Assembly (NCBI RefSeq): GCF_003334305.1
Contig: NZ_QOWS01000001.1
Source of the DNA: Escherichia coli
GTDB lineage: Bacteria > Pseudomonadota > Gammaproteobacteria > Enterobacterales > Enterobacteriaceae
Length of the DNA: 64,000 nt
Reading direction: 5' to 3' (one strand)
Shown: in pieces, positions 12,179 through 24,736 of the stretch
Position numbering within the stretch: position 1 is the stretch's first letter
Layout: every line of letters begins with the position of its first letter
Notes under the pieces: model-generated
Seen by the model: only the letters and a program-made list of their open reading frames with translations
Database searches by the model: none
What the model was told of the DNA's origin: nothing
Program-made: the position numbers and the translations under genes

Positions 12179-13615
12179 ATGGCGCAGTCGAAACTCTATC
12201 CAGTTGTGATGGCAGGTGGCTCCGGTAGCCGCTTATGGCCGCTTTCCCGCGTACTTTACCCCAAGCAGTTTTTATGCCTGAAAGGCGATCTCACCATGCT
12301 GCAAACCACCATCTGCCGCCTGAACGGCGTGGAGTGCGAAAGCCCGGTGGTGATTTGCAATGAGCAGCACCGCTTTATTGTCGCGGAACAGCTGCGCCAA
12401 CTGAACAAACTCACCGAGAACATTATTCTCGAACCGGCAGGGCGTAATACTGCACCTGCCATTGCGCTGGCGGCGCTGGCGGCAAAACGTCATAGCCCGG
12501 AGAGCGACCCGTTAATGCTGGTATTGGCGGCGGATCATGTGATTGCCGATGAAGACGCGTTCCGTGCCGCCGTGCGTAATGCCATGCCATATGCCGAAGC
12601 GGGCAAGCTGGTGACCTTCGGCATTGTGCCGGATCTACCAGAAACCGGTTATGGCTATATTCGTCGCGGTGAAGTGTCTGCGGGTGAGCAGGATACGGTG
12701 GCCTTTGAAGTGGCGCAGTTTGTCGAAAAACCAAATCTGGAAACCGCGCAGGCCTATGTGGCAAGCGGCGAATATTACTGGAACAGCGGCATGTTCCTGT
12801 TCCGCGCCGGACGCTATCTCGAAGAACTGAAAAAATATCGCCCGGATATTCTCGATGCCTGCGAAAAAGCGATGAGCGCCGTCGATCCGGATCTCGATTT
12901 TATTCGCGTGGATGAAGAAGCGTTTCTCGCCTGCCCGGAAGAGTCGGTGGATTACGCGGTCATGGAACGTACGGCAGATGCCGTTGTGGTACCGATGGAT
13001 GCGGGCTGGAGCGATGTCGGTTCCTGGTCTTCATTATGGGAGATCAGCGCCCACACCGCCGAGGGCAACGTTTGCCACGGCGATGTAATTAATCACAAAA
13101 CTGAAAACAGCTATGTGTACGCCGAATCTGGCCTGGTCACCACCGTCGGGGTGAAAGATCTGGTGGTGGTGCAGACCAAAGATGCGGTGCTGATTGCCGA
13201 CCGTAACGCGGTGCAGGATGTGAAAAAAGTGGTCGAGCAGATCAAAGCCGATGGTCGCCATGAGCATCGGGTGCATCGCGAAGTCTATCGCCCGTGGGGC
13301 AAATATGACTCTATCGACGCAGGCGACCGCTACCAGGTGAAACGCATCACCGTGAAACCGGGCGAGGGCTTGTCGGTACAGATGCACCATCACCGCGCGG
13401 AACACTGGGTGGTTGTCGCGGGAACGGCAAAAGTCACTATTGACGGTGATATCAAACTGCTTGGTGAAAACGAGTCCATTTATATTCCGCTGGGGGCGAC
13501 GCACTGCCTGGAAAACCCGGGGAAAATTCCGCTCGATTTAATTGAAGTGCGCTCCGGCTCTTATCTCGAAGAGGATGATGTGGTGCGCTTCGCGGATCGC
13601 TACGGACGGGTGTAA
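12179..13615 (+). CDS. cpsB: Mannose-1-phosphate guanylyltransferase (colanic acid copy)
   Basis: 478 aa; N-terminal [11 protein letters not shown] nucleotidyltransferase motif and C-terminal cupin; synteny. Confidence 0.95.
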   Translation: MAQSKLYPVVMAGGSGSRLWPLSRVLYPKQFLCLKGDLTMLQTTICRLNGVECESPVVICNEQHRFIVAEQLRQLNKLTENIILEPAGRNTAPAIALAALAAKRHSPESDPLMLVLAADHVIADEDAFRAAVRNAMPYAEAGKLVTFGIVPDLPETGYGYIRRGEVSAGEQDTVAFEVAQFVEKPNLETAQAYVASGEYYWNSGMFLFRAGRYLEELKKYRPDILDACEKAMSAVDPDLDFIRVDEEAFLACPEESVDYAVMERTADAVVVPMDAGWSDVGSWSSLWEISAHTAEGNVCHGDVINHKTENSYVYAESGLVTTVGVKDLVVVQTKDAVLIADRNAVQDVKKVVEQIKADGRHEHRVHREVYRPWGKYDSIDAGDRYQVKRITVKPGEGLSVQMHHHRAEHWVVVAGTAKVTIDGDIKLLGENESIYIPLGATHCLENPGKIPLDLIEVRSGSYLEEDDVVRFADRYGRV

Positions 13616-13619
13616 ACGT

Positions 13620-13735
<116 letters not shown>

Positions 13736-13807
13736 ATGTAAATAACGACAAAAACAAAATTGGCCGCTTCGGTCAGGGCCAACTATTGCCTGAAAAAGGG
13801 TAACGAC

Positions 13808-15178
13808 ATGAAAAAATTAACCTGCTTTAAAGCCTATGATATTCGTGGAAAATTAGGCGAAGAACTGAATGAAGATATTGCCTGGCGCATTGGTCGTGCC
13901 TATGGCGAATTTCTCAAACCGAAAACCATTGTGTTAGGCGGTGATGTCCGTCTCACCAGCGAAACCTTAAAACTGGCGCTGGCAAAAGGTTTACAGGATG
14001 CGGGCGTTGATGTGCTGGATATCGGCATGTCCGGCACCGAAGAGATCTATTTCGCCACGTTCCATCTCGGCGTGGATGGCGGTATTGAAGTTACTGCCAG
14101 CCATAATCCGATGGATTACAACGGCATGAAACTGGTGCGCGAAGGGGCTCGCCCGATCAGCGGCGATACCGGACTGCGCGATGTCCAGCGTCTGGCAGAA
14201 GCCAACGACTTTCCTCCCGTTGATGCAACCAAACGCGGTCGCTATCAGCAAATCAATCTGCGTGACGCTTACGTTGATCACCTGTTCGGTTATATCAACG
14301 TCAAAAACCTCACGCCGCTCAAGCTGGTGATCAACTCCGGGAACGGCGCAGCGGGTCCAGTAGTGGACGCCATTGAAGCCCGCTTTAAAGCCCTCGGCGC
14401 GCCCGTGGAATTGATCAAAGAGCACAACACGCCGGACGGTAATTTCCCCAACGGTATTCCTAACCCGCTACTGCCAGAATGCCGCGACGACACCCGCAAT
14501 GCGGTCATCAAACACGGCGCGGATATGGGCATTGCCTTTGACGGTGATTTTGATCGCTGCTTCCTGTTTGACGAAAAAGGGCAGTTTATTGAGGGCTACT
14601 ACATTGTCGGCCTGCTGGCAGAAGCATTCCTCGAAAAAAATCCCGGCGCGAAGATCATCCACGATCCACGTCTCTCCTGGAACACTGTTGATGTGGTGAC
14701 CGCCGCGGGCGGCACGCCGGTAATGTCGAAAACCGGACACGCCTTTATTAAAGAACGTATGCGCAAGGAAGACGCCATCTACGGTGGCGAAATGAGTGCC
14801 CACCATTACTTCCGTGATTTCGCTTACTGCGACAGCGGCATGATCCCGTGGCTGCTGGTAGCCGAACTGGTGTGCCTGAAAGGAAAAACGCTGGGCGAAC
14901 TGGTGCGCGACCGGATGGCGGCATTCCCGGCAAGCGGTGAGATCAACAGCAAACTGGCGCAACCCGTTGAGGCGATTAACCGCGTGGAACAGCATTTTAG
15001 CCGTGAGGCTCTGGCGGTGGATCGCACCGATGGCATCAGCATGACCTTTGCCGACTGGCGCTTTAATCTGCGCACCTCCAATACCGAACCGGTGGTGCGC
15101 CTGAATGTGGAATCGCGCGGTGATGTGCCACTGATGGAAGCGCGAACGCGAACTCTGCTGGCGTTGCTGAACGAGTAA
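13808..15178 (+). CDS. cpsG: Phosphomannomutase (colanic acid copy)
   Basis: ATG at 13808 ([14 protein letters not shown]) inside ORF 13760..15178, 456 aa; phosphohexomutase TASHNP active-site motif. Confidence 0.95.
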   Translation: MKKLTCFKAYDIRGKLGEELNEDIAWRIGRAYGEFLKPKTIVLGGDVRLTSETLKLALAKGLQDAGVDVLDIGMSGTEEIYFATFHLGVDGGIEVTASHNPMDYNGMKLVREGARPISGDTGLRDVQRLAEANDFPPVDATKRGRYQQINLRDAYVDHLFGYINVKNLTPLKLVINSGNGAAGPVVDAIEARFKALGAPVELIKEHNTPDGNFPNGIPNPLLPECRDDTRNAVIKHGADMGIAFDGDFDRCFLFDEKGQFIEGYYIVGLLAEAFLEKNPGAKIIHDPRLSWNTVDVVTAAGGTPVMSKTGHAFIKERMRKEDAIYGGEMSAHHYFRDFAYCDSGMIPWLLVAELVCLKGKTLGELVRDRMAAFPASGEINSKLAQPVEAINRVEQHFSREALAVDRTDGISMTFADWRFNLRTSNTEPVVRLNVESRGDVPLMEARTRTLLALLNE

Positions 15179-15232
15179 TGTCGGATCTTCCCTTACCCCA
15201 TTGCGGGTAAGGGGCTAATAACAGGAACAACG

Positions 15233-16627
15233 ATGACAAATCTAAAAAAGCGCGAGCGAGCGAAAACCAATGCATCGTTAATCTCTATGGTGCAACGCTT
15301 TTCAGATATCACCATCATGTTTGCCGGACTATGGCTGGTTTGCGAAGTGAGCGGACTGTCATTCCTCTACATGCACCTGTTGGTGGCGCTGATTACGCTG
15401 GTGGTGTTCCAGATGCTGGGCGGCATCACCGATTTTTATCGCTCATGGCGCGGTGTTCGGGCAGCGACAGAATTTGCCCTGTTGCTACAAAACTGGACCT
15501 TAAGCGTGATTTTCAGCGCCGGACTGGTGGCGTTCAACAATGATTTCGACACGCAACTGAAAATCTGGCTGGCGTGGTATGGGCTGACCAGCATCGGACT
15601 GGTGGTTTGCCGTTCATGTATTCGCATTGGGGCGGGCTGGCTGCGTAATCATGGCTATAACAAGCGCATGGTCGCGGTGGCGGGGGATTTAGCCGCCGGA
15701 CAAATGCTGATGGAGAGCTTCCGTAATCAGCCGTGGTTAGGGTTTGAAGTGGTGGGCGTTTACCACGACCCGAAACCGGGCGGCGTTTCTAACGACTGGG
15801 CGGGCAATCTGCAACAGCTGGTCGAGGATGCTAAAGCGGGTAAGATTCATAACGTCTATATCGCGATGCAAATGTGCGACGGCGCGCGAGTGAAAAAACT
15901 GGTCCATCAACTGGCGGACACCACCTGTTCGGTGCTGCTGATCCCCGATGTCTTTACCTTCAACATTCTCCATTCACGTCTCGAAGAGATGAACGGCGTT
16001 CCGGTGGTGCCGCTGTATGACACGCCGCTTTCCGGGGTTAACCGCCTGCTAAAACGTGCGGAAGACATTGTGCTGGCGACGCTGATCTTGCTGCTGATCT
16101 CCCCGGTGCTGTGCTGTATTGCGCTGGCGGTGAAACTCAGTTCACCAGGGCCGGTTATTTTCCGCCAGACTCGCTACGGCATGGATGGCAAGCCGATCAA
16201 AGTGTGGAAGTTCCGTTCCATGAAAGTGATGGAGAACGACAAAGTGGTGACCCAGGCGACGCAGAACGATCCGCGCGTCACTAAAGTGGGGAACTTTCTG
16301 CGCCGCACCTCGCTGGATGAACTGCCGCAGTTTATCAATGTGCTGACCGGCGGGATGTCGATTGTCGGTCCGCGTCCGCACGCGGTAGCGCATAACGAAC
16401 AGTATCGCCAGCTCATTGAAGGCTACATGCTGCGCCACAAAGTGAAACCGGGCATTACCGGCTGGGCGCAGATTAATGGCTGGCGCGGCGAAACCGACAC
16501 GCTGGAGAAAATGGAAAAACGCGTCGAGTTCGACCTTGAGTACATCCGCGAATGGAGCGTCTGGTTCGATATCAAAATCGTTTTCCTGACGGTATTCAAA
16601 GGTTTCGTTAACAAAGCGGCATATTGA
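15233..16627 (+). CDS. wcaJ: Undecaprenyl-phosphate glucose-1-phosphate transferase (initiating transferase)
   Basis: 464 aa; N-terminal TM segments plus C-terminal sugar-phosphate transferase domain; synteny. Confidence 0.94.
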   Translation: MTNLKKRERAKTNASLISMVQRFSDITIMFAGLWLVCEVSGLSFLYMHLLVALITLVVFQMLGGITDFYRSWRGVRAATEFALLLQNWTLSVIFSAGLVAFNNDFDTQLKIWLAWYGLTSIGLVVCRSCIRIGAGWLRNHGYNKRMVAVAGDLAAGQMLMESFRNQPWLGFEVVGVYHDPKPGGVSNDWAGNLQQLVEDAKAGKIHNVYIAMQMCDGARVKKLVHQLADTTCSVLLIPDVFTFNILHSRLEEMNGVPVVPLYDTPLSGVNRLLKRAEDIVLATLILLLISPVLCCIALAVKLSSPGPVIFRQTRYGMDGKPIKVWKFRSMKVMENDKVVTQATQNDPRVTKVGNFLRRTSLDELPQFINVLTGGMSIVGPRPHAVAHNEQYRQLIEGYMLRHKVKPGITGWAQINGWRGETDTLEKMEKRVEFDLEYIREWSVWFDIKIVFLTVFKGFVNKAAY

Positions 16628-16628
16628 T

Positions 16629-18107
16629 ATGAGCTTACGTGAAAAAACCATCAGCGGCGCGAAGTGGTCGGCGATTGCCACGGTGATCATCATCGGCCTC
16701 GGGCTGGTGCAGATGACCGTGCTGGCGCGGATTATCGACAACCACCAGTTCGGCCTGCTGACTGTGTCGCTGGTGATTATCGCGCTGGCAGATACGCTTT
16801 CTGACTTCGGTATCGCTAACTCGATTATTCAGCGAAAAGAAATCAGCCACCTTGAACTCACCACGCTGTACTGGCTGAACGTCGGGCTGGGGCTTGTGGT
16901 GTGCGTGGCGGTGTTTTTGTTGAGTGATGCCATTGGCGACGTGCTGAATAACCCGGACCTGGCCCCGTTGATTAAAACATTGTCGCTGGCGTTTGTGGTG
17001 ATCCCCCACGGGCAACAGTTCCGCGCGTTGATGCAGAAGGAGCTGGAGTTCAACAAAATCGGCATGATCGAAACCAGCGCGGTACTGGCGGGCTTCACTT
17101 TTACGGTGGTTAGCGCCCATTTCTGGCCGCTGGCGATGACCGCGATCCTCGGTTATCTGGTCAATAGCGCGGTAAGAACGCTGCTGTTTGGCTACTTTGG
17201 CCGCAAAATTTATCGCCCCGGTCTGCACTTCTCGCTGGCGTCGGTGGCACCGAACTTACGCTTTGGTGCCTGGCTGACGGCGGACAGCATCATCAACTAT
17301 CTCAACACCAACCTTTCAACGCTGGTGCTGGCGCGTATTCTCGGCGCGGGCGTGGCAGGGGGATACAACCTGGCGTACAACGTGGCCGTTGTGCCGCCGA
17401 TGAAGCTGAACCCAATCATCACCCGCGTGTTGTTTCCGGCGTTTGCCAAAATTCAGGACGACACCGAAAAGCTGCGCGTCAACTTCTACAAGCTGCTGTC
17501 GGTGGTGGGGATTATCAACTTTCCGGCGCTGCTCGGGCTGATGGTGGTGTCAAATAACTTTGTACCGCTGGTATTTGGTGAGAAGTGGAGCAGCATTATT
17601 CCGGTGCTGCAATTGCTGTGTATTGTGGGTCTGCTGCGCTCCGTGGGTAACCCGATTGGTTCGCTGCTGATGGCGAAAGCGCGGGTCGATATCAGCTTTA
17701 AATTCAACGTATTCAAAACATTTCTGTTTATTCCGGCGATTGTTATTGGTGGGCAGATGGCCGGCGCAATCGGCGTCACGCTTGGCTTCCTGCTGGTGCA
17801 GATTATCAACACCATTCTGAGTTACTTCGTGATGATTAAACCGGTTCTTGGTTCCAGTTATCGCCAGTACATCCTGAGTTTGTGGCTGCCGTTTTATCTC
17901 TCGCTGCCGACGCTGGTGGTCAGTTATGCGCTGGGTATTGTGCTGAAAGGGCAACTGGCGCTGGGGATGCTGCTGGCGGTGCAAATAGCCGCGGGCGTGC
18001 TGGCGTTTGTGGTGATGATTGTGCTGTCGCGCCATCCGCTGGTGGTGGAAGTGAAGCGTCAGTTTTGTCGCAGCGAAAAAATGAAAATGCTTTTACGGGC
18101 GGGGTGA
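16629..18107 (+). CDS. wzxC: Colanic acid repeat-unit flippase
   Basis: 492 aa multi-TM polysaccharide transporter-family protein; synteny. Confidence 0.93.
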   Translation: MSLREKTISGAKWSAIATVIIIGLGLVQMTVLARIIDNHQFGLLTVSLVIIALADTLSDFGIANSIIQRKEISHLELTTLYWLNVGLGLVVCVAVFLLSDAIGDVLNNPDLAPLIKTLSLAFVVIPHGQQFRALMQKELEFNKIGMIETSAVLAGFTFTVVSAHFWPLAMTAILGYLVNSAVRTLLFGYFGRKIYRPGLHFSLASVAPNLRFGAWLTADSIINYLNTNLSTLVLARILGAGVAGGYNLAYNVAVVPPMKLNPIITRVLFPAFAKIQDDTEKLRVNFYKLLSVVGIINFPALLGLMVVSNNFVPLVFGEKWSSIIPVLQLLCIVGLLRSVGNPIGSLLMAKARVDISFKFNVFKTFLFIPAIVIGGQMAGAIGVTLGFLLVQIINTILSYFVMIKPVLGSSYRQYILSLWLPFYLSLPTLVVSYALGIVLKGQLALGMLLAVQIAAGVLAFVVMIVLSRHPLVVEVKRQFCRSEKMKMLLRAG

Positions 18108-18124
18108 GTTGCTGTTTTCGGTTC

Positions 18125-18235
18125 CGACAACGGTTGCCGGGTGCAGCGTAAAACGCCTTATCCATCCTACGGTTCTGTGCTCGGGACCTGTAGGCCTGAT
18201 AAGACGCGCCAGCGTCGCATCAGGCAAAAAGCGGC
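18125..18235. repeat. REP/BIME cluster
   Basis: REP-like palindromes (GCGTAAAACGCCTTATCC...; GTAGGCCTGATAAGACGCG...GCATCAGGC) in wzxC-wcaK intergenic. Confidence 0.7.
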
Positions 18236-18286
18236 AACGAACACAACAAACACAGCCTCACCTGGCATCAAATTTATGAGGAAAAA

Positions 18287-19567
18287 ATGAAATTACTTAT
18301 TCTGGGCAACCACACTTGCGGCAATCGTGGCGACAGTGCCATCTTGCGCGGCTTACTTGATGCCATCAACATCCTCAATCCACAAGCCGAAGTGGACGTG
18401 ATGAGCCGCTATCCGGTCAGTTCTTCCTGGCTGCTCAACCGCCCGGTAATGGGCGATCCGCTGTTCCTGCAAATGAAACAACACAACAGCGCGGCGGGCG
18501 TTGTCGGGCGCGTTAAAAAAGTCCTCCGTCGCCGCTATCAACACCAGGTATTGCTCTCACGCGTCACCGACACTGGCAAGCTGCGTAATATCGCCATCGC
18601 CCAGGGATTCACCGACTTCGTGCGCATGCTCTCAGGTTACGACGCCATTATTCAGGTCGGCGGATCGTTTTTTGTCGATCTCTACGGCGTGCCACAGTTT
18701 GAACATGCACTTTGCACGTTTATGGCGAAAAAGCCGCTGTTTATGATTGGTCACAGTGTTGGCCCGTTCCAGGATGAGCAATTTAACCAACTGGCGAACT
18801 ATGTTTTTGGTCACTGTGACGCGCTGATCCTGCGCGAATCGGTCAGCCTTGATTTGATGAAACGCAGCAATATCACCACTGCAAAAGTGGAACATGGCGT
18901 CGATACTGCGTGGCTGGTCGATCACCACACCGAAGATTTCACCGCCAGCTATGCCGTCCAACACTGGCTGGACGTTGCCGCACAACAGAAAACGGTGGCA
19001 ATTACCCTGCGCGAACTGGCACCGTTCGACAAACGTCTCGGCACCACTCAACAAGCGTATGAAAAAGCCTTTGCCGGGGTGGTCAATCGCATTCTCGATG
19101 AAGGGTATCAGGTGATTGCGCTCTCCACCTGTACGGGCATCGACAGCTATAACAAAGACGACCGCATGGTGGCGCTTAATCTGCGCCAGCACATCAGCGA
19201 TCCTGCCCGTTACCACGTAGTGATGGATGAACTCAACGATCTGGAAATGGGCAAAATTCTGGAGGCCTGTGAACTCACCGTCGGTACGCGCCTGCACTCT
19301 GCCATTATCTCGATGAATTTCTCCACTCCGGCAATTGCCATCAACTACGAACATAAATCCGCCGGGATTATGCAGCAGCTGGGACTGCCAGAGATGGCGA
19401 TTGATATCCGTCATTTACTGGACGGCAGCCTGCAAGCGATGGTTGCGGATACCTTAGGCCAGCTTCCGGCGCTGAACGCACGACTTAACGAAGCTGTCAG
19501 TCGTGAGCGTCAGACGGGAATGCAGATGGTGCAATCTGTGCTTGAGCGCATCGGGGAGGTGAAATGA
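18287..19567 (+). CDS. wcaK: Colanic acid pyruvyl transferase
   Basis: 426 aa; synteny. Confidence 0.92.
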   Translation: MKLLILGNHTCGNRGDSAILRGLLDAINILNPQAEVDVMSRYPVSSSWLLNRPVMGDPLFLQMKQHNSAAGVVGRVKKVLRRRYQHQVLLSRVTDTGKLRNIAIAQGFTDFVRMLSGYDAIIQVGGSFFVDLYGVPQFEHALCTFMAKKPLFMIGHSVGPFQDEQFNQLANYVFGHCDALILRESVSLDLMKRSNITTAKVEHGVDTAWLVDHHTEDFTASYAVQHWLDVAAQQKTVAITLRELAPFDKRLGTTQQAYEKAFAGVVNRILDEGYQVIALSTCTGIDSYNKDDRMVALNLRQHISDPARYHVVMDELNDLEMGKILEACELTVGTRLHSAIISMNFSTPAIAINYEHKSAGIMQQLGLPEMAIDIRHLLDGSLQAMVADTLGQLPALNARLNEAVSRERQTGMQMVQSVLERIGEVK

Positions 19568-20784
19568 AGGTCGGCTTCTTTTTACTGAAATTTCCGTTGT
19601 CGTCAGAAACCTTCGTCCTCAATCAAATTACCGCGTTTATTGATATGGGATTTGAGGTGGAGATTGTCGCGCTGCAAAAAGGCGACACACAAAACACCCA
19701 CGCGGCATGGACGAAATACAACCTTGCCGCCAGAACCCGTTGGTTACAGGACGAACCTACGGGCAAAGTGGCGAAGCTGCGCCACCGCGCCAGCCAGACT
19801 TTACGCGGCATTCATCGTAAAAATACCTGGCAGGCGCTCAACCTCAAACGCTATGGTGCCGAGTCGCGGAATCTGATTTTGTCTGCCATTTGCGGTCAGG
19901 TCGCAACACCATTTCATGCCGATGTCTTTATCGCTCATTTTGGCCCTGCGGGGGTAACCGCAGCAAAACTACGCGAACTGGGTGTCATTCGCGGCAAAAT
20001 TGCCACTATTTTTCACGGCATTGATATTTCCAGTCGGGAAGTGCTCAACCATTACACTCCCGAATATCAACAACTGTTTCGACGTGGCGACCTGATGCTA
20101 CCGATAAGCGATCTGTGGGCCGGAAGGCTGCAAAAAATGGGCTGCCCGAGGGAAAAAATCGCCGTATCGCGTATGGGTGTGGACATGACGCGCTTTAGCC
20201 CGCGTCCCGTGAAAGCGCCCGCAACACCGCTGGAGATTATTTCCGTCGCACGCTTAACCGAGAAAAAAGGCCTGCATGTGGCGATTGAAGCCTGCCGTCA
20301 GTTGAAAGAGCAGGGCGTGGCATTTCGCTATCGCATCCTCGGCATTGGCCCGTGGGAAAGACGCCTGCGCACCCTCATCGAACAATATCAACTGGAAGAT
20401 GTGGTGGAGATGCCGGGCTTTAAACCGAGCCATGAAGTGAAAGCGATGCTCGACAACGCGGATGTTTTCTTGTTGCCATCGGTAACGGGTGCGGATGGCG
20501 ATATGGAAGGTATTCCGGTGGCGCTAATGGAAGCGATGGCGGTCGGTATTCCGGTGGTTTCTACTCTGCATAGCGGAATACCGGAACTGGTGGAGGCCGA
20601 TAAATCCGGCTGGCTGGTGCCTGAGAATGATGCTCGCGCACTGGCGCAACGACTGGCGGCGTTTAGCCAACTGGACACCGACGAACTGGCTCCGGTTATC
20701 AAACGTGCTCGCGAAAAAGTCGAACACGATTTTAACCAGCAGGTGATTAACCGAGAACTCGCCAGCTTGTTGCAGGCTTTATAG
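19564..20784 (+). CDS. wcaL: Colanic acid glycosyltransferase (GT4)
   Basis: 406 aa; GT4-type [18 protein letters not shown] motif; synteny. Confidence 0.92.
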   Translation: MKVGFFLLKFPLSSETFVLNQITAFIDMGFEVEIVALQKGDTQNTHAAWTKYNLAARTRWLQDEPTGKVAKLRHRASQTLRGIHRKNTWQALNLKRYGAESRNLILSAICGQVATPFHADVFIAHFGPAGVTAAKLRELGVIRGKIATIFHGIDISSREVLNHYTPEYQQLFRRGDLMLPISDLWAGRLQKMGCPREKIAVSRMGVDMTRFSPRPVKAPATPLEIISVARLTEKKGLHVAIEACRQLKEQGVAFRYRILGIGPWERRLRTLIEQYQLEDVVEMPGFKPSHEVKAMLDNADVFLLPSVTGADGDMEGIPVALMEAMAVGIPVVSTLHSGIPELVEADKSGWLVPENDARALAQRLAAFSQLDTDELAPVIKRAREKVEHDFNQQVINRELASLLQAL

Positions 20785-20794
20785 AGGAGAACGT

Positions 20795-22189
20795 ATGCCA
20801 TTTAAAAAACTCTCCCGACGCACCTTCCTGACGGCAAGCTCCGCGCTTGCCTTCCTCCATACCCCTTTCGCTCGCGCACTTCCCGCCCGACAAAGCGTTA
20901 ACATTAACGACTACAACCCACACGACTGGATCGCCTCATTTAAACAAGCCTTCGGTGAAGGGCAAACGGTCGTCGTGCCTGCCGGATTGGTTTGCGACAA
21001 TATCAACACCGGCATCTTCATTCCTCCTGGCAAAACGTTACACATCCTTGGAAGCCTGCGCGGCAACGGCAGAGGGCGATTTGTCTTACAGGACGGTAGC
21101 CAGGTGACAGGGGAGGAGGGCGGCAGTATGCATAACATCACCCTGGATGTGCGTGGCTCTGACTGCACCATCAAAGGGCTGGCGATGAGCGGCTTTGGCC
21201 CGGTAACGCAGATTTATATCGGCGGCAAAAACAAACGGGTCATGCGCAACCTGACCATCGATAACCTCACTGTCAGCCACGCTAATTACGCCATCTTACG
21301 CCAGGGATTTCATAACCAGATAATCGGTGCCAACATCACCAATTGTAAGTTCAGCGACTTACAGGGCGATGCCATTGAATGGAACGTGGCGATTAACGAC
21401 CGTGATATTTTGATCTCCGACCATGTCATCGAGCGCATCAACTGTACTAACGGAAAAATCAATTGGGGCATTGGCATAGGCCTTGCGGGGAGTACTTATG
21501 ATAATAATTACCCGGAAGATCAGGCAGTGAAAAACTTTGTCGTGGCGAATATCACGGGATCGGATTGTCGGCAGTTGATCCATGTTGAAAATGGTAAACA
21601 TTTTGTTATTCGTAATATCAAAGCCCGCAATATCACGCCGGATTTCAGTAAGAAAGCAGGTATTGATAACGCCACAGTCGCTATTTACGGTTGTGACAAT
21701 TTCGTGATTGATAATATTGAAATGATTAATAGCGCCGGGATGTTAATCGGCTATGGGGTAATTAAAGGCAAATATCTCTCGATACCGCAAAATTTCCGAG
21801 TGAATAATATTCAACTGGATAATACCCACCTTGCTTACAAATTGCGCGGTATCCAAATCTCCGCCGGGAATGCTGTCTCCTTTGTGGCGCTGACTAACAT
21901 TGAGATGAAGCGTGCGTCGCTTGAGCTACACAATAAACCGCAACACCTTTTTATGCGAAATATCAAGGTGATGCAGGAATCCTCTGTTGGACCAGCATTG
22001 AGCATGAACTTCGACATGCGCAAAGACGTTCGCGGCGTTTTTATGGCAAAGCGTGAAACGCTGCTTTCACTCACGAATATTCATGCCGTGAATGAAAAAG
22101 GGCAAAGCTCCGTCGATATCGACAGGATTAATCACCATATTGTTAATGTGGAAAAGATTAACTTTAGATTGCCGGAACGGAGGGAGTAG
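20795..22189 (+). CDS. wcaM: Colanic acid biosynthesis protein WcaM (secreted, beta-helix-like)
   Basis: 464 aa; signal-peptide-like N-terminus; last gene of the colanic acid operon by synteny. Confidence 0.9.
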   Translation: MPFKKLSRRTFLTASSALAFLHTPFARALPARQSVNINDYNPHDWIASFKQAFGEGQTVVVPAGLVCDNINTGIFIPPGKTLHILGSLRGNGRGRFVLQDGSQVTGEEGGSMHNITLDVRGSDCTIKGLAMSGFGPVTQIYIGGKNKRVMRNLTIDNLTVSHANYAILRQGFHNQIIGANITNCKFSDLQGDAIEWNVAINDRDILISDHVIERINCTNGKINWGIGIGLAGSTYDNNYPEDQAVKNFVVANITGSDCRQLIHVENGKHFVIRNIKARNITPDFSKKAGIDNATVAIYGCDNFVIDNIEMINSAGMLIGYGVIKGKYLSIPQNFRVNNIQLDNTHLAYKLRGIQISAGNAVSFVALTNIEMKRASLELHNKPQHLFMRNIKVMQESSVGPALSMNFDMRKDVRGVFMAKRETLLSLTNIHAVNEKGQSSVDIDRINHHIVNVEKINFRLPERRE

Positions 22190-22346
22190 ATTTGCGACCA
22201 TTCATAAACTTACTGGATATAATGTTCTAAAAGATTATAATCCTTACGCTAACTGTTAAAGCTGGGGCTGGGCAGCATTGACTACTCAGGGAAGGTACTC
22301 ATCTTTATCTTGTGTTTCTTACGTAACAACCAGACTAAAGTGATTT

Positions 22347-23342
22347 ATGAACGATAACGTTTTGCTCATAGGAGCTTCCGGATTCGTAGGAACCCGACTA
22401 CTTGAAACGGCAATTGCTGACTTTAATATCAAGAACCTGGACAAACAGCAGAGCCATTTTTATCCAGAAATTACACAGATTGGCGATGTTCGCGATCAAC
22501 AGGCACTCGACCAGGCGTTAGCTGGTTTTGACACTGTTGTACTGCTGGCAGCGGAACATCGCGATGATGTCAGCCCTACTTCTCTCTATTATGATGTCAA
22601 TGTTCAGGGTACCCGCAACGTGCTGGCAGCCATGGAAAAAAATGGCGTTAAAAATATCATCTTTACCAGTTCCGTTGCTGTTTATGGTTTGAACAAACAC
22701 AATCCTGACGAAAACCATCCACACGATCCTTTCAACCACTACGGCAAAAGTAAGTGGCAGGCAGAGGAAGTGCTGCGTGAATGGTATAACAAAGCACCAA
22801 CAGAACGTTCATTAACTATCATCCGTCCTACCGTTATCTTCGGTGAACGCAACCGCGGTAACGTCTATAACTTGCTGAAACAGATCGCTGGCGGCAAGTT
22901 TATGATGGTGGGTGCAGGAACTAACTATAAGTCCATGGCTTATGTTGGAAACATTGTTGAGTTTATCAAGTACAAACTGAAGAATGTTGCCGCAGGTTAT
23001 GAGGTTTATAACTACGTTGATAAGCCAGATCTGAACATGAACCAGTTGGTTGCGGAAGTTGAACAAAGCCTGAACAAAAAGATCCCTTCTATGCACTTGC
23101 CTTACCCACTAGGAATGCTGGGTGGATATTGCTTTGATATCCTGAGCAAAATTACGGGCAAAAAATACGCAGTCAGCTCTGTGCGCGTGAAAAAATTCTG
23201 CGCAACAACACAGTTTGACGCAACGAAAGTGCATTCTTCAGGTTTTGTGGCACCGTATACGCTGTCGCAAGGTCTGGATCGAACTCTGCAGTATGAATTC
23301 GTCCATGCCAAAAAAGACGACATAACGTTTGTTTCTGAGTAA
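22347..23342 (+). CDS. gne: UDP-N-acetylglucosamine/UDP-hexose 4-epimerase (NAD-dependent SDR)
   Basis: 331 aa; GASGFVG Rossmann motif and YxxxK; position between wcaM and galF as in strains carrying gne. Confidence 0.8.
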   Translation: MNDNVLLIGASGFVGTRLLETAIADFNIKNLDKQQSHFYPEITQIGDVRDQQALDQALAGFDTVVLLAAEHRDDVSPTSLYYDVNVQGTRNVLAAMEKNGVKNIIFTSSVAVYGLNKHNPDENHPHDPFNHYGKSKWQAEEVLREWYNKAPTERSLTIIRPTVIFGERNRGNVYNLLKQIAGGKFMMVGAGTNYKSMAYVGNIVEFIKYKLKNVAAGYEVYNYVDKPDLNMNQLVAEVEQSLNKKIPSMHLPYPLGMLGGYCFDILSKITGKKYAVSSVRVKKFCATTQFDATKVHSSGFVAPYTLSQGLDRTLQYEFVHAKKDDITFVSE

Positions 23343-23584
23343 TGCAGGCGAGTCAGAGAAAAAAGGACCAGGTTGGACTACGATTATTCGGAAAGAGGTA
23401 CTGATTAAATTATCAGTATGCGGAATTCCGAGTAATCCGAGTAACCCAGATGCTGATGGTGTGTAGTGTTATCGTAAGGTTTAATCAAAGTTATGCGGAA
23501 CTAAGCTTTGGTATATAGCCATAACGTTTGGCTAACCAATGGCAATAATTTACGCACTATCAGCCACTTAGAGGTAGGAAAAGA

Positions 23585-24478
23585 ATGACGAATTTAAAAG
23601 CAGTTATACCGGTAGCAGGTCTTGGGATGCATATGTTGCCTGCCACTAAGGCGATTCCCAAAGAGATGCTACCGATCGTCGACAAGCCAATGATTCAGTA
23701 CATTGTTGACGAGATTGTGGCTGCAGGGATCAAAGAAATCCTCCTGGTAACTCACGCGTCCAAGAACGCGGTCGAAAACCACTTCGACACCTCTTATGAA
23801 TTAGAATCTCTCCTTGAACAGCGCGTGAAGCGTCAACTGCTGGCGGAAGTGCAGTCGATCTGTCCACCGGGAGTGACCATTATGAACGTGCGTCAGGGCG
23901 AACCTTTAGGTTTGGGCCACTCCATTTTGTGTGCGCGACCTGCCATTGGTGACAACCCATTTGTCGTGGTACTGCCAGACGTAGTGATCGACGACGCCAG
24001 CGCCGACCCGCTGCGCTACAACCTAGCTGCCATGATTGCGCGCTTCAATGAAACGGGACGCAGCCAGGTGCTGGCAAAACGTATGCCGGGTGATCTCTCT
24101 GAATACTCCGTCATTCAGACCAAAGAACCGCTGGATCGCGAAGGTAAAGTCAGCCGCATTGTTGAATTCATCGAAAAACCGGATCAGCCACAAACGCTGG
24201 ACTCAGACATCATGGCCGTTGGTCGCTATGTGCTTTCTGCCGATATTTGGCCGGAACTTGAACGCACTCAACCTGGTGCATGGGGGCGTATTCAACTGAC
24301 TGATGCCATTGCTGAACTGGCGAAAAAACAGTCCGTTGATGCAATGCTGATGACTGGTGAAAGCTACGACTGCGGTAAAAAAATGGGCTATATGCAGGCG
24401 TTTGTGAAGTATGGCTTACGCAACCTGAAAGAAGGGGCGAAGTTCCGTAAAGGGATTGAGAAGCTGTTAAGCGAATAA
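23585..24478 (+). CDS. galF: UTP-glucose-1-phosphate uridylyltransferase paralog
   Basis: 297 aa; protein recognised; conventional upstream boundary of the O-antigen locus. Confidence 0.95.
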   Translation: MTNLKAVIPVAGLGMHMLPATKAIPKEMLPIVDKPMIQYIVDEIVAAGIKEILLVTHASKNAVENHFDTSYELESLLEQRVKRQLLAEVQSICPPGVTIMNVRQGEPLGLGHSILCARPAIGDNPFVVVLPDVVIDDASADPLRYNLAAMIARFNETGRSQVLAKRMPGDLSEYSVIQTKEPLDREGKVSRIVEFIEKPDQPQTLDSDIMAVGRYVLSADIWPELERTQPGAWGRIQLTDAIAELAKKQSVDAMLMTGESYDCGKKMGYMQAFVKYGLRNLKEGAKFRKGIEKLLSE

Positions 24479-24736
24479 TGAAAATCTGACCGGATGTAAC
24501 GGTTGATAAGAAAATTATAACGGCAGTGAGGGTTCGTGGCGAAAGTAATTTGTTGCGAATATTCCTGCCGTTGTTTTATATAAACAATCAGAGTAACAAC
24601 GAGTTAGCAATAGGATTTTAATCAAAGTTTTCCAGGATTTTCCTTGTTTCCAGAGCTGATTGGTAAGACAATTAGCGTTTGAATTTTTCGGGTTTAGCGC
24701 GAGTGGGTAATGCTCGTCACATCGTAGGCATGCATG

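Noticed and set aside
15179-15232. Hairpin CCCTTACCC...GGGTAAGGG after cpsG
   Set aside because: No U-tract follows and wcaJ starts immediately downstream in the same operon; more likely an mRNA structure than a terminator.
23481-24629. Shared 12-bp motif TTAATCAAAGTT in both the gne-galF (23481-23492) and galF-downstream (24618-24629) intergenic regions
   Set aside because: A single short AT-rich repeat without flanking conservation; compatible with chance, so not called as a regulatory site.
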